Shown here: positions 12,550 through 24,505 of the stretch, one piece after another
Numbering within the stretch: position 1 is the stretch's first letter
How the letters are laid out: the number at the start of each line of letters is the position of its first letter
DNA from: Camelus ferus
Taxonomy: Eukaryota
Assembly: GCF_009834535.1 (NCBI RefSeq)
Contig: NC_045697.1
Span: 84,756,001-84,820,000, forward strand
Direction: 5' to 3'
Length of the DNA stretch: 64,000 nt
The notes under the pieces: model-generated
Told to the model about the DNA's origin: nothing
Databases searched by the model: none
The model's input: only the letters and a program-made list of their open reading frames with translations
Translations under genes and position numbers: made by a program

Positions 12550-13424
12550 GTTTATTTTTAATGAATTCTTTTGTGATTTTTGTCTGGATAAAATTCAGAC
12601 TATATACTATACCTTTTGGAACATACCCATCAACAAATTGCAAACTTCTGTTAACTCCACCATTTTGGAATTATCTTCCTTTGTTAAACTTTTAATAAAA
12701 ATCACAAAAAAACCCCAAGAAAATATCATTTAACATGGACTTCAGTATAACTTTTGTACTTATATTTCTTAGTGCAAATAGATCTGGGAACAAATAGATT
12801 CCCAGTGTAAACCAAAGTATTTTTATTAAAAACTTGTGTTTCTGTTAGTTTGAGGTCTTGTCTGTTTACTCACACTATTTTCCCAGACTCTGGAATAATG
12901 TATATGAATAGAAGAAGAATAAATACTAGATCTTTATGAAATCATAGCAATGGATGGGCTTTTGTGTTGTCATTAGCATTATCAGCATCATCAAAAGCAT
13001 CCATTGTGGAACAGTATTTTATACTCACCATATGCCTTTGTGTACAAGATGGTCCTTATAAAAAACATATGAGATATGAAAAAAAGGATACTCAGAATGT
13101 GTCTTTTTTACTTCTGATGATTCTAGTTAACAGATGGTGTAATCAGGCCAGTACTTCTGAGCTGTGATTCACCATACAATTCATTATATTGTCTCTCAAC
13201 AGATATCTGCTCTAGCCAGTAATCATATGGAAATTAACATGTAATATATTTCCAGGGAGAGATGTTGTTGACATTCTCTTTGTGGTATATTCCAATATAA
13301 AATCATCCTCAGTGATCAACAGTTTATTTTATAATTTAACCAAATTATTTGACTGAGATTTAAGTCCACTTCACCATAAAAGGACTCATGCACTCTGATA
13401 GAAAATGAATTATATTTTCCACAT
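12550..13424 (-). pseudogene. Decayed S1A serine protease unit U4 (trypsin-like)
   Basis: EDDFILEYT...SLP (cf. DDDKIVGGYT...SLP). IC*ET...W*ITA (13204-13160). FDD.-IMLMTTQKP (from 12995; cf. DIMLMKL..P). FPDL (12790). VCN...GMFQ-GIV (12645-12605). TKI...IKN at the end. Confidence 0.65.
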
Positions 13425-13907
13425 AATAATTTTTTATGTTAAATATAATAATCTTTTATATATTTAAAACATTTAAAATAATTCCTTAGCTTTATCCTCT
13501 CCTTTACAATTTTAAAATTTTTTATAGGACATCCGTTACTTTCTTGCAGTAATTTTTATTCCATTCAGTAAGCTATCTGTTGTTTCTCCATTTTATTCTA
13601 CCTTCAGTATTTGTATCTCCAATTCATTATATATACTTTTTCCAAACTCCATTTAGCACTATTTTATATTAAAAATCTTAATTGACTTTGTATAGCACGC
13701 AGAAAAACATCCTTATCGTGGTGTTCAAAACCTTAAATGATCTCATTGATTTAATTCAACCTGCCTGCATGTTCCCAAGGTCTGTGACATCTAGTCATTT
13801 GTAATTTTGCTGAAGCATATATTTGTGTTACAAGAAGTATTAACTGGTGTGAATGTGAAAACAGCAAATGGTGCAACGTTTTGTATTCACTATACCTAAG
13901 CAGAGTA

Positions 13908-14411
13908 TGGAAGTTTCTAACTTTTGGGTCTCAGGATTCTTCTACACTTTTAAAAATCATTGAGGCCCTCAAAGAGCCTTTGTTTAAGTGGGTTATATCT
14001 ATAGATATTTATTGTAGTAGAAATTAAAAATGAAAACTTTTGACTTAATTTAAATTAACAACAGTAAAGCTATTCTATGTTAATAAGAATACATGCTTTC
14101 ATGAAAAATAACCATTTTCTAAAACAAAAAATAATTAGTAAGAGGACTGGCACTGTTTCACATACTTTCAAATCTCTTTAATGTTTTGCTTAATAGAAAG
14201 TATAGATGGATCCTCATTTCTGTTTCTATATTCAGTTGTATATCATTCAACATAGAGCCTTTAGGAAACTACTACACACTTGTACAAGAATGAGGATGAA
14301 AAATACAAGTGTCTTCTGAATGCTATGATGACTATTGTTTTGATTTCATAGACCCCTGCAGGAGTCGCACACCCCTTGGAAGGTCTTAGGAACACACTTT
14401 AAGAATTGCTG
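13908..14411 (+). mobile_element. hAT-Charlie DNA transposon, MER119-like
   Basis: cttttgggtctcagga...aaagagcctttgtttaagtgggttatatctat at the left end and cacactttaagaattgctg at the right end. Confidence 0.7.
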
Positions 14412-14630
14412 GCACAGTAAGAGCTTAAGCTTTGAGATCCCAGTGCCTGTGTGTGTAGAAAAGATTCACTTCCTAGCTTTGTGATCCTGGGAGAGTTATT
14501 AAACTTCTTATGTGCTCTTCTCTAAAACAAAGTTAATAATAATATCTCCCTCATAGAGGTGTTTTGAGGATTAAATGAATTAACACTGTTGCAATTAAAA
14601 CAGTGCCTACCACTGGGAATACTCAACTCT
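14412..14630 (+). mobile_element. MIR SINE
   Basis: cctagctttgtgatcctggg...ctcatagaggtgttttgaggattaaatga. Confidence 0.8.
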
Positions 14631-15194
14631 GTGAACAGACAATGCACTTTTCTCCATCTGGGGCTCCTTCCTTTATCCCTGGTTTTCAATGCCTTTTCTT
14701 ATCCAAATTAATATTTATTTGTTTTAAAGAGAGAAAAGTATGGAGTATCTTATATTTAATCAAATTGTTTGTCACTGTTACCCTTTGATATTCATTTAAG
14801 TACAGAAAAACTATCCATAGGGATTTTAATATGTATGTGAAAAAATTAAGAGCAAGTTCCAAACTTTTTTATTGTACTATACATTTTTATTCATTCCATT
14901 CATATGTACCAGTCTTCCTTTTCCTTCTGCTACATGTCAGCTTAACTTAATACTTCCTTTCTCACTAGGTTAAGAGAACATAAGCCAGTCTAGAACCTGT
15001 TCATTCATTCATTCATTTCTCACAAACCTACTGTGCATATGCCAGGCATTCTCCTCAGCTCTGGTATGTAGTCTTATAATCTAGTGGAAAAGGACATACA
15101 TTAAACCAGTAATGACAAACATTATGAATAAATGTGAGAAGATTTTGAAATACTTTTTCTCATTGCTTTTTATGCTTTGGATGTTACTATCATT

Positions 15195-15532
15195 ATTTTT
15201 AATTGAGATATAATAGGGATATAACATTATATTAGTTTCAGGTGTACAACTTAATGATTCAATATATCTGCTTATTGCAAAATGATCACCACACCTTGTG
15301 ATCCAGTTAACATTCATCACCATACATAGTTACACATTTTTTCTTACGATAAGAACTTTTAAGATTTACTCTTCTAGCAACTTTCATATATACAATACAA
15401 TATTGACTATAGTCATCATGCTCTACATTACATCCCCAAGACTTATTTATTTTATAACTGGAAGTTTGTACCTTTTAACCACCTTCACCCATTTTGCCCA
15501 CCTCCCACTCCCCACCTCTGGCAATCCACCTA
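15195..15532 (-). mobile_element. L1 3' end (L1MA9-like)
   Basis: aattgagatataat...gtttcaggtgtacaac...ggaagtttgtacctttt...cctctggcaa. Confidence 0.85.
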
Positions 15533-15845
15533 TCAGCCGTGAGAGTCCAAGTATCTTGAAGGAGGGCTCCGGAGTCCTTTTTGTGTTACATTCTCAGAAT
15601 ACCCAGTGCATAGTTTGTTGAATGTTAAATGTACTTTAAAACTATGTTTGTGATGGCAAATATTCCAAGACGACTTTTCATCATATTTCCTGGTATGCCA
15701 AATTGAAACATAGGGCTGAAAGTATTTTTGGGTACATTGAAAACATTGAGTGTTTTTAGAAAGATTACATTTTAAAGAACAAGGTCTTCACTTGGTTAGA
15801 CTTCTCACGTACAGGACAATTGTCACAATTCTTTAATTTTATTAG

Positions 15846-15864
15846 TGTCCAGCAGATGGCACCA
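15846..15864 (+). promoter_or_regulatory. CTCF core motif
   Basis: tgtCCAGCAGATGGCACca is a full match to CCASYAGRKGGCRC. Confidence 0.7.
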
Positions 15865-17299
15865 GTGCCTCAAATAAACCCCCTGTTTGCATATGAACTG
15901 TAAGATCGTGCCCACATTTAAAGCTAAGCAGATGTCATAAAAATCTGATAGTATTACACAATTAGTCAGCTTTATACAGTTAAATGCAAAATGAAATAGT
16001 TTGAGAAGTATTTATCTTTTAAAAAATATCTTCAAATTTTCAATTTGTAATTCATTGCAATTACTCTAGGAAGATAAAGACTAGATAGAAAAAAGGAAAC
16101 AAACACAAACTGGGGGTTTATTTCCTCAGAAAAGCCTCCTCCAACGTCAGGATGTGTTCCAAGATGACTTTTCCCTGCAAAATTTATAAAAACAATTACA
16201 AAAGGGAATAAATATCTTTCAATTTCTCCCTTTCCTAAGTTGTCCCTTATCTTTACTATATTTTAGTAACTCCTTACTTGTTTACAACTATGAAAGAGAC
16301 ATGCATTAAGTACTGCTGAAAATTAGAAAGGGAAAGCAAGGGACAACCAATGCTTCCAAAATTTGACTTGAGAAAATGAATTTGTTCAAAGTTTTCTTGG
16401 CATTGAAAACTTTGATTCATAATCATAACATCCTCCTTCCTGAGTATTGTTAAGTTCCTTTTCCCAACGGAGTGTCTGACGGTTTTTCTTTTCTTTTAAA
16501 GTCTAAAATGAACAAATGTTTACTCACAATTTCTTAAAATGTCATTTGTTTTTCTTTGATTTTTTAAGATCCCCTTACTGCCTTTCTTTTTTATTATGGG
16601 AAACTAGACTATCTTAGATGTTAACTACTTACAACTTTTAACTATTATTAGAGTCACTGTTTCCTTTACTTGAGACTTTATCCTTTATCCAAACTTAATG
16701 GTTTTTATTAGCTGATTAAAATTGACAACTTACATAAAATAAAATGAAATAGGGTTTCCTAATATATTATGAGAGGTATAATAGTATATTATATTAACAT
16801 ATTATAATAACTATTCTCACTTTATCCATTTTGATGAAATTAATGATTTGGGAAAGTACATAAACATTATTTATTTGCCCTTAAATAGATCTTTAGTGCC
16901 TCACTCTATTTAAGAGATTTAAGAAATACTCTGGGAAGCTATTTGTGTAGAGAGATTTAATGCCTCTGTCATGCTCTCGACAAAATAATTATTAAGATTT
17001 AACATCTAAAATATAATGAGTGGAAATGACGGGATTTTGTTAATTTTTAAATTGTGCAATTTAATAATGGTGTTCAGACAAAGGAATCTCCACTCTCACC
17101 AGTGTAGCCTGTCGTGACTTCCTCACATTTCTGACAGAGTGCACACTCCTTCTCCTCACCACTTGGACTCGGGGACTCATCCCTTACCACGTCCACAGCT
17201 GGGGTCATCATCTTGAGTAAATAAAGAAGTGAGGGAAGGAAAATCAAGAATGAGAATCTTAGCAGAGGACTAGGAACCACATGATCTGATACTGAAAAT

Positions 17300-17970
17300 T
17301 AAATCAAAGTAGACTGAGTCTACGCAGTCATCAAAGTGCGACATACAGTTACAGGCTCCACCTTTGCCCGTTATCTCCTAGTCCTCCGATGGAGAAGAAT
17401 TTGCTGTCAGCAGGTGCTTTAACACAGCATGGTCTCTGTTTTGATACTGTGTGCTCTGTCGCACTCATCCTTACAGACGTAGGTGCTTTATATTTACCTT
17501 TGGAATCTTGGGGATTTTTAAGCTTTGATTTGTCATGAAAACAGACACATAATCATGGGTCCAGTGCCTTAAAAAATCAGGATGGAGCTCATAGAAAAAG
17601 CACTTTCCCGCATTCTACCTTACACTCTCCTGTGTGTGTTCAGTGGTGCAGTGTGAAATGGGGAGAGTTCAGTTGTCTGTTATATGCAAGCAGTTACCTA
17701 GGGGTAGAGCAGCTACAGAAAGAAGAGGGATGGATGATTGGAAGGAGCTGGAAATAGCATTGGGAAATGTGGGTAGAGCTGATACAAATTTTGTGGGCTA
17801 AATAGAATTCTGGTGGTTGGAATGTTTTTTCAAACTATTTCAAAAGTTGATCTACATTGTTTCCCAGAGTATATTCTACCACCATTCCAGCTCCTCCTTA
17901 TGTGTCTTCACAATGAGTTTTCTTCCTTTCTCTATTTGATCTGTTAAGAAGCAATGATGAGGATTTCATA
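17300..17970 (-). pseudogene. Decayed S1A serine protease unit U2 (best preserved, kallikrein-like)
   Basis: In one frame: ITDN*TLPISHC (17683-17648, same spacing as IxxxWVLTAAHC, His and Cys kept), then HPDF...THDY (from 17584) and KVNIKHL. After a 1-nt shift: DECDRAHSIKTETMLC (17469-17422; cf. KLK1 DECKKAHVQKVTDFMLC). GDNG at 17378-17367 (GDSG with Ser AGC>AAC). Confidence 0.7.
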
Positions 17971-17999
17971 ATTTTACTAACAGTGTTTAGTTACATGAA

Positions 18000-19069
18000 C
18001 TAAAGTTGTTTTTACATTGCTCTTTTTTTAAAGAGTTATTTCAATACAAAGAACTGGCCTTCAAATAATTAAAAATTTTACCATCTGGGGTATGCTATAT
18101 TTGCACGAAAAATCTTGGGTCATAAGTAAAAATTGGATCCATGTAAAAAATATCTCTGCTTAGAGGCACATCCCATCAAATGGGGCTGTTTTATAGTCTA
18201 CCTTGTATTTCACTGCTTGCGAGCTCTGTGAGCAAACAGAATTTGTTCACAGGGTGAAACACATATTTATGGTCCTGAATAAACTGCTCAGATTCAAAAA
18301 CTATTTGTGTGACAGTGCTGGACACAGGAATGCTGGAGCCAAATGGGATGTTTGTAGCCTACATTTACATATCAATGCTGAGACTCCCCTTTAGGAATAC
18401 TGCTGCTTCGTGACAATGCTCTTGTCTGAGGTCTGGGGCAAAGAAAACCCATAAAAGTTTGGACTCACTTTTCAATGCCCTGATTCTTTTCTTGTGCTTT
18501 GGAAAACTGTGAAACAGGGTCACCAAGTTCCATTCTCCATAGTTTTATTATGTTTTCAATGAAGCGATTGAACCTGCACAGAACCCAGACAGACAGATAT
18601 CATGAGGCCACTTTGTGGAAAGGCAGCCTCTTTAGAACGTGGAGGCTGAAACTCGTCTTGTGAGTTTCATGGGTTGGGGGCTGATGCACTGTTTAAAGAA
18701 CCAAAGGGAACCAAACCCTTAAGTAAAATACTTAGGACTCTTTTGCCTGCAGAAAAAAAGTATAAAATAAAAGGTTCTTGGAAACCAGGCCATGGATGTT
18801 GAGGGGATTTTATAAGGTGATGTCATTTTCTAACTAGCTAGCAACCTGATGACCGACCATCTTATCTTTGAAATGGAATCACATGGAGCCTGTTTATAGT
18901 TTCACTGGTTTTATTTGGAGAAAGTTATTTATTTATTTATTTGTCTGATAACGCTTTTGTCTTCCTGATGGGAATTTTAGTAAGTTTCACCTTATATTTT
19001 AGAATGTAGTTGATCCGGCTAATTGCAGACTCTAAAGAAATAAAGATAAAAAGAAAGATATATTTTCAT
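18000..19069 (-). pseudogene. Decayed S1A serine protease unit U1
   Basis: ATG at 19069 reads MKYIFLFIFISLESAIS (signal-peptide-like) after a 1-nt shift. Acceptor ttttttctgcag before 18746. QCISPQP-(W>stop, 1-nt shift) at 18691-18667 (cf. kallikrein EC..SQPW). SGLMIS..WVL at 18612-18579. LGD at 18527-18519. The C-terminal half is poorly recognisable. Confidence 0.5.
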
Positions 19070-19897
19070 ATTGCTGCCATATTTGTAGTGCATGTTTGAA
19101 AACATTTGAGAGGCTGCTGTGACTGCAGATGTCAGGTTCAGCAGTATTTCTTCTTCACAGTTTGACTTGCTATAAAATTTTCCACACAGCTACGCTGGAC
19201 TGGGTTCTCAGACATTCTTTTTCAAACCTGCTCCACTTTACCACATGTATTGTTTTGCCTTTTGATTTTGTCATTCATTTGTTATTTCTGTGTAGTCCAG
19301 ACATATTTCTCCTGAATATTCTTTTATAACTATCTCAAGAATGACTTGCACCCTATAAAATTGTCTTCAATATAGAAAGCATCGTGTTAACAATTTTTCA
19401 GTTGCTTTGTTCAGAGCTCTCAACAACTTCCCTATTGACCTCCTGTTAACTGTCTCACGACTTCTCCACTTCAAAGGAAGAAAACCAAAAACTTCTTTGA
19501 TAAAAGAAGCTGTTCTGATTTCTAGCTACATCTTTATCTGGTATCAAAGAAATGTCAGTGCCCTTACAATGGCTTCCCTATCCTTGATTTTTACATAAAA
19601 TTTACTGTTGTAGACCCTTTTCTGTTTTCTTATTTTCTTTTCTGGTATCATCCCTCCCCTCTACCTCTTCTCAAATAGTACAGGCAACCCTATTCCTTTC
19701 TTTCTAAGCTCCGTTTCTCCATATTTTCAACTACCTTTAGGTCTTCACCTACTACAGCTATGTAGATAACTCCAAAAATGATCTTTTTTGACCCATATTC
19801 TGTTTCAATAGCTAGGCTGTTCATTTGATATTTCCATTGGTGGTTATATGTATTGCAAACTTGGTAAGTCTAAAACTAAATACTGTTGTTATTTTCC

Positions 19898-20405
19898 TGT
19901 GGTGGTTTTATTTTCCTATGTCCCCAAATTCTTTGACACTCTTCTCTTCAAAAGAATGCATACTGAGTTTAATAATCACTTCTAATGAATAGAGTGTGGC
20001 AGAGAGATGTGTGAGTTCTGAGGCTGGGTCGTAAAGGGCTTTGTGGCTTCTGCCTTGCTTCCTCTTAGGTCACTCACTGTGGGAGAAACCAGCCACCTTA
20101 TTGTGAGGCCAGTCTTCCCAGCCCACGTGGAGGGGAACGGAGGCTCCCCGTCACAGCTCCAGCAACGTGCCAGCCACGCGTGTGAGCTGGCTTGCAGGTG
20201 GCTCTTCTAGCTTCATGCAGGTCTTCAGATGGCCTCTCCGGTTGACGTCTCTCCAGCTAACTGCAACCACATGAGAGACCTTGGGCCAGAACCACCCAAC
20301 TAAACTGTTCCTGAATTCCCAGTTCACAGACTACCCTCGATTATAATTACTGTTATTTTATGTCACAGAGCTGGGAGTAATCGACTAGGCAACAATAGGT
20401 AGTTA
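19898..20405 (+). mobile_element. MLT1F-like MaLR LTR
   Basis: ttctttgacactc...cccacgtggaggggaacggagg...actgcaaccacatgagagacc...agaaccacccaactaa. Confidence 0.8.
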
Positions 20406-20729
20406 TTTTACCACTCTTCCAATGTTCACTTATTTTTCCATATCAAAAGAAATTTTAAGTCTCATGGCTACTTATTTTGAAGTGATTTTTCTGTCTGTCC
20501 CTTCTTTGGAATATAAGTATCATGTTACCCCTAATTTAGCTCAGACTGTCACCTCCCAGTTGGCTGCAATGGTTACCTTTTAACCAGCCTCTGGGATTCC
20601 CTTCTTTCAACTTCTGTGGCACACTTGCAGATTATTTTTCCCTGAAATACCTGGATGCCATCCATTTCTGCTGCTGAAAAAAACTAAGAGCCTTGTCTTC
20701 AAGATAAGCCCTTGTATTTGTTAGTGCAG

Positions 20730-21195
20730 TATGTTAGCTTCACCATTCACTCCTCTGTCTCCCCCTTGATTTTGCTTTGGTCTTATTTTAAGACTTGCAT
20801 TGACCTCCTGGAAGGCAGAATGTACTTTCGTTTTTCTATCTCTTGATTTGGGGCTTGGCGATGTGGCCGACTTTGGCAGTAGAGTTGTTCCAGACACAAC
20901 ACAAAGAGAGGCATGAATTGCACTTCGGTTGTTGGGTTTGCCAAATTGTATTTCTGTCATTCCCCTGAGAGACACAGGACTCAACAGACTGCGGGTCCAA
21001 GGGAGATGAGAGAAGTGTGGAACGTACATGTACCCAATGCAATGTGGGGAGCCCACCTTAGCTGGACCGGTAGTTTGAAGCAGAGCTAGGGACCCTTGTC
21101 CAGTCCAGATCAGCTAATGGCCAGCCATTCCTGTGAGAATAAGTAATTGTTGTTTCAAACTACTGAGTTTTTGGAGTGGTTTATTATGCAGTAAC
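20730..21195 (+). mobile_element. MLT1H/I-like MaLR LTR
   Basis: ggggcttggcgatgtggccgactttgg...agatcagc...aattgttgtttcaaactactgagttttt. Confidence 0.7.
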
Positions 21196-21399
21196 CTCTT
21201 TTACCTTAACTCCATCGTATCTTTTCGAATGTATTACTATTTTCTGTTTAACATTAGCTCCATTGCTCCCTGTCTGTTCCCTGTTCACTACATACACTTG
21301 CCCATTCCTACTGACACAACCCTTCCGTTTTCCCACATATCCTTTAAGGTCCTTTTAAAGATAACTAATATTTGTTACTATTAACTTAAGCTGCAGTAT

Positions 21400-21580
21400 T
21401 ATCACTCTTGTGAAGCCCAATAGAAGCAATATTATTATTTTTATTTTACAGGTGAGAAAGCTGCAGCTTAAAAACATTTTAAAACTTGTCCAAATTCACA
21501 TGGTAACTAAATTAAGACAGGATTTGAACTCAAGGCTTTGTGATTAAAAAGCAGTTTACTCATAACTAAGATTTTATATT
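21400..21580 (-). mobile_element. MIR SINE
   Basis: attttacaggtgagaaagctg...acttgtccaa...ggatttgaactcaagg. Confidence 0.8.
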
Positions 21581-21873
21581 CCTACTTCAGCCCCAATGCC
21601 TTCTGATAACTCCAATCCATAGATTATGCTTTTTTTTTTGACTCAGGTGCACATAATATTCCTGGCACTAATCATTTTTATAATATTGTTGAGTGGTGTT
21701 TCTTTAACATTTTATAATTAACATCATACATTGTAATCTTTTATTCTATTTAGTCTTCATAATCTTTTCTTGAAAAGTACATGATTATTATTTTCTCTAT
21801 GAGGAAAGTGAGAATCAGGTTAAATAACGTGGCCAGAGTCATTTAGCTATATATGGTGAAACTGAAAGAGGGC

Positions 21874-22270
21874 TGCCATGGGCTGAACTGTGTCTCCCTG
21901 CCAAATTCAGACGTTGAAGTCCTAGTCCCCAGTATTATGGTGTCTGAAAAATGGGGCCTTTCATGAGGTAATAAAGGGTAAATGAAGCCATAAGGGTGGA
22001 ACCCTAATCTCTCATAACTGATGTTCTTAGAAGAAGAGGAGGGGACACCAGAATGCTTTCTCTTTCTCTGCCACACAGAAGGAGGGCCATGTGTGGATGT
22101 AGTGAGAAGGGGCTGTCTACAAACCAGGAAGACAGGTCTTACCAGAAACCAACCTGGATGCCACCTTAATCTTGGACTTTTGGCACCCAGGACTGCAAGA
22201 AAATAAATTTCTATTCTTTAAGCCACCCTGTGGGTGATAGTTCATTTGGCAGCCCAAACAGACTAATACA
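21874..22270 (+). mobile_element. MLT1A/B-like solo LTR
   Basis: TG...CA termini (tgccatgggctgaactgtgtc ... gcagcccaaacagactaataca); degenerate 5-bp flanks agggc/agatc. Confidence 0.85.
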
Positions 22271-23884
22271 AGATCTAAGTTTTTCACTGCCAATGTCTCT
22301 GGGCTTAGCTTCTTACATCTATTCGTATTACGTTTATCATTAACTCTCTGAGGACAGAAACAATACCCTAGTATCCCCCACCATACTTTATTTGGATAAT
22401 AGTTCCTCCAATATTTCATAGGCTCACAACAGATTTAAAAGTGGAAGAGGTCTAAGATGACAACCTATCCTCCCACTTTAAAGCAGAACAGCTCAGATCC
22501 AGAGGGGTCCAAGGACCAGCAAAGATGGCTCTGCAGTTAGTGAAGAGCAAGGACTGGAGCTCAGGACCTGGCTCCAGCCTCTCGGATATAGTGTTTCCAT
22601 CACTTCACTGGGGGACATGGAAGTTGAATACATCACCCTCACTGCTGCTACTGTATCTTATTTTTAATAATGTTGTATGATGGAACCCAAACTCCATAGA
22701 AAGTGAACAATTGAAACTAAATTCTAATTAGAGGAAGAAAAATAGGTATCACATGATATACCAAAAGGGAAATAGAAATCCAGGATTCTCAAGGAATGTG
22801 ACAAAGCAAACGTGTTTAACAGACATATTGTTTTATTTCTTATTAAGTGAAAAAAATTTAGGTATTATATTTGTGTGTGTGAGTAAAAAAAAGTGTGAAC
22901 ATATTAATGTGATTAGTCTGATTATACATGATGTGCTTGTCTCTGCTTTCCAGAAAAGAAGCCCAAACTCAGGGGCCCAAGGACACGTCCAGGGCGCAGC
23001 ATCTGTCCTCCACCTGTCAAGTCAGGCCCTGCAGCTGGCCTGCTGCTCCACGGTAGGTGCACAGTGTGTAAATGACTGGAATTGGAGCAGCAACCATCAA
23101 CACTACCCCTGTGAAAAGGATGACAGGATCTTCTGCTATTATCAAGAGCTATTTTAAATGCTAAATCAAAAGGATGCCAACTGGTGGCCTTGTTGCCAGT
23201 CTCAGTAGAGAAGGGAATGATTACATTAACATGAAGCTCCAGACCCATTCCCACTTGGTAGAGGGATCTGAAACTGATCATCACGGTAACATGTGAAGAC
23301 TTGCACAGCCATGGTTGGTGGTGCTTTTGTTTAATGGATAAACAACACTCACAAGTTGATCGTGCAGTCTCTCATTTTTACTCAGTCATGCATCCAAATT
23401 ATAGATCAATAAGTTAGATCACAACATCTCAAGCTTTTTTTTCCCCCTATTGCAAAGGTGAAGGTTGAATCGTGTGGATATGAAACCACAGAAAACTCCA
23501 TTGCAGGAAGGCAGCGTGGTGCAGTGGAGCAGGTGCTGGAAGGGGAAGCAGATTATAAGAAAGGGCTATTTATACACAAGAATTGAGAGGTGTGTAAGCT
23601 GTAGCAGTGAAATGGAGGTGGGATTAATGACTTCTTTTCAGTAAAATGGTGTGGAGGTAACTTAGAGTCAGTGCTGAGAAAGATGACGTTTGAATTGAGT
23701 CTTGAAGAGCAAGGATGTAAGGAAAGGCTATATAGACAGAAATCAGCATGTAAAACTTTACAGAGACTTAAAAAAATCACCATTCAAGGTCTATACTTTT
23801 GGAATTCTGCAGAGACTTTATTTATAATGTTATTGTAAAAATTCATCAAGCCAATTCAAAAATTAAAAATAAATTGGGTCATCA

Positions 23885-23963
23885 TTCTAGTATTATTCAC
23901 AACAGCCAAGACATGGAAACAAGTGTCCATTGATGGATGAATGAATAAAGACGCGTGCGAGCA

Positions 23964-24002
<39 letters not shown>

Positions 24003-24505
24003 GAGTATTATTCAGCCACAAAAATTTAGGAAATCTTGCCATATAAGACAACATGGATGGACCTTAAGGGCATTATGCTAAGTGAAGTAAGTCAGAGAAA
24101 GACAAATATAGTATTTGATCTCGTGTATAAGTGGAATCTAAAAACAACCAAACTCATAGAAACAGAGAGTAGCATGATGGTTGTCAGGAGCAGAGAGGTG
24201 ATGGAAACATGTTGGTCGAAGGATACAAATTTCCAGTTATAAGATGAAAAAGTTCTGGGGATCTAGTATACAGCATGGTGACTATGGCTACCCATACTGT
24301 ATTGTATACTTGACAGCTCCTATGAGAGTGGCACTTTAATATTCTCACTGTAACAACAACAACAAAATGACAGTTATGTAAGGGGAAGGATGTACTTTAT
24401 TGTGGTACACACACAATGTATACATGTATCAAATAATCACCTAGTACACCTTTAACTTACACAGTGTTATATATTAATTATATCTCAATAACACTGGAAG
24501 AAAAA
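23885..24505 (+). mobile_element. L1 3' end (ORF2 tail and 3'UTR, L1MA9/L1MB-like) with an embedded (AC)16 at 23967-23998
   Basis: acagccaagacatggaaac...acaacatggatggacctt...ctaagtgaagtaagtcag...tatctcaataa. ORF 24036 (TTWMDLKGIMLSEVSQ) is the L1 ORF2 C-terminus. Confidence 0.9.

Larger units (their letters stand above)
13490..15737 (-). pseudogene. Decayed S1A serine protease unit U3, split by L1, L2, MIR and MER119
   Basis: Possible start MYPKILSALC (15737) and DEK...C...HS. CSLNLVRKEVLS*AD-C (14980-14932, His region). PDGEKCIV (14661-14638). CN...KITND (13808-13794). GDT (13620-13612, Ser TCA>ACA). NGE, DV-YKKI and E(W>R)IK (~13500). Confidence 0.55.

Noticed and set aside
15663..16173. 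17-bp near-identical repeat ttccaaga(c/t)gacttttc at 15663 and 16157
   Set aside because: A single short match is compatible with chance in AT-rich DNA, and it does not extend.
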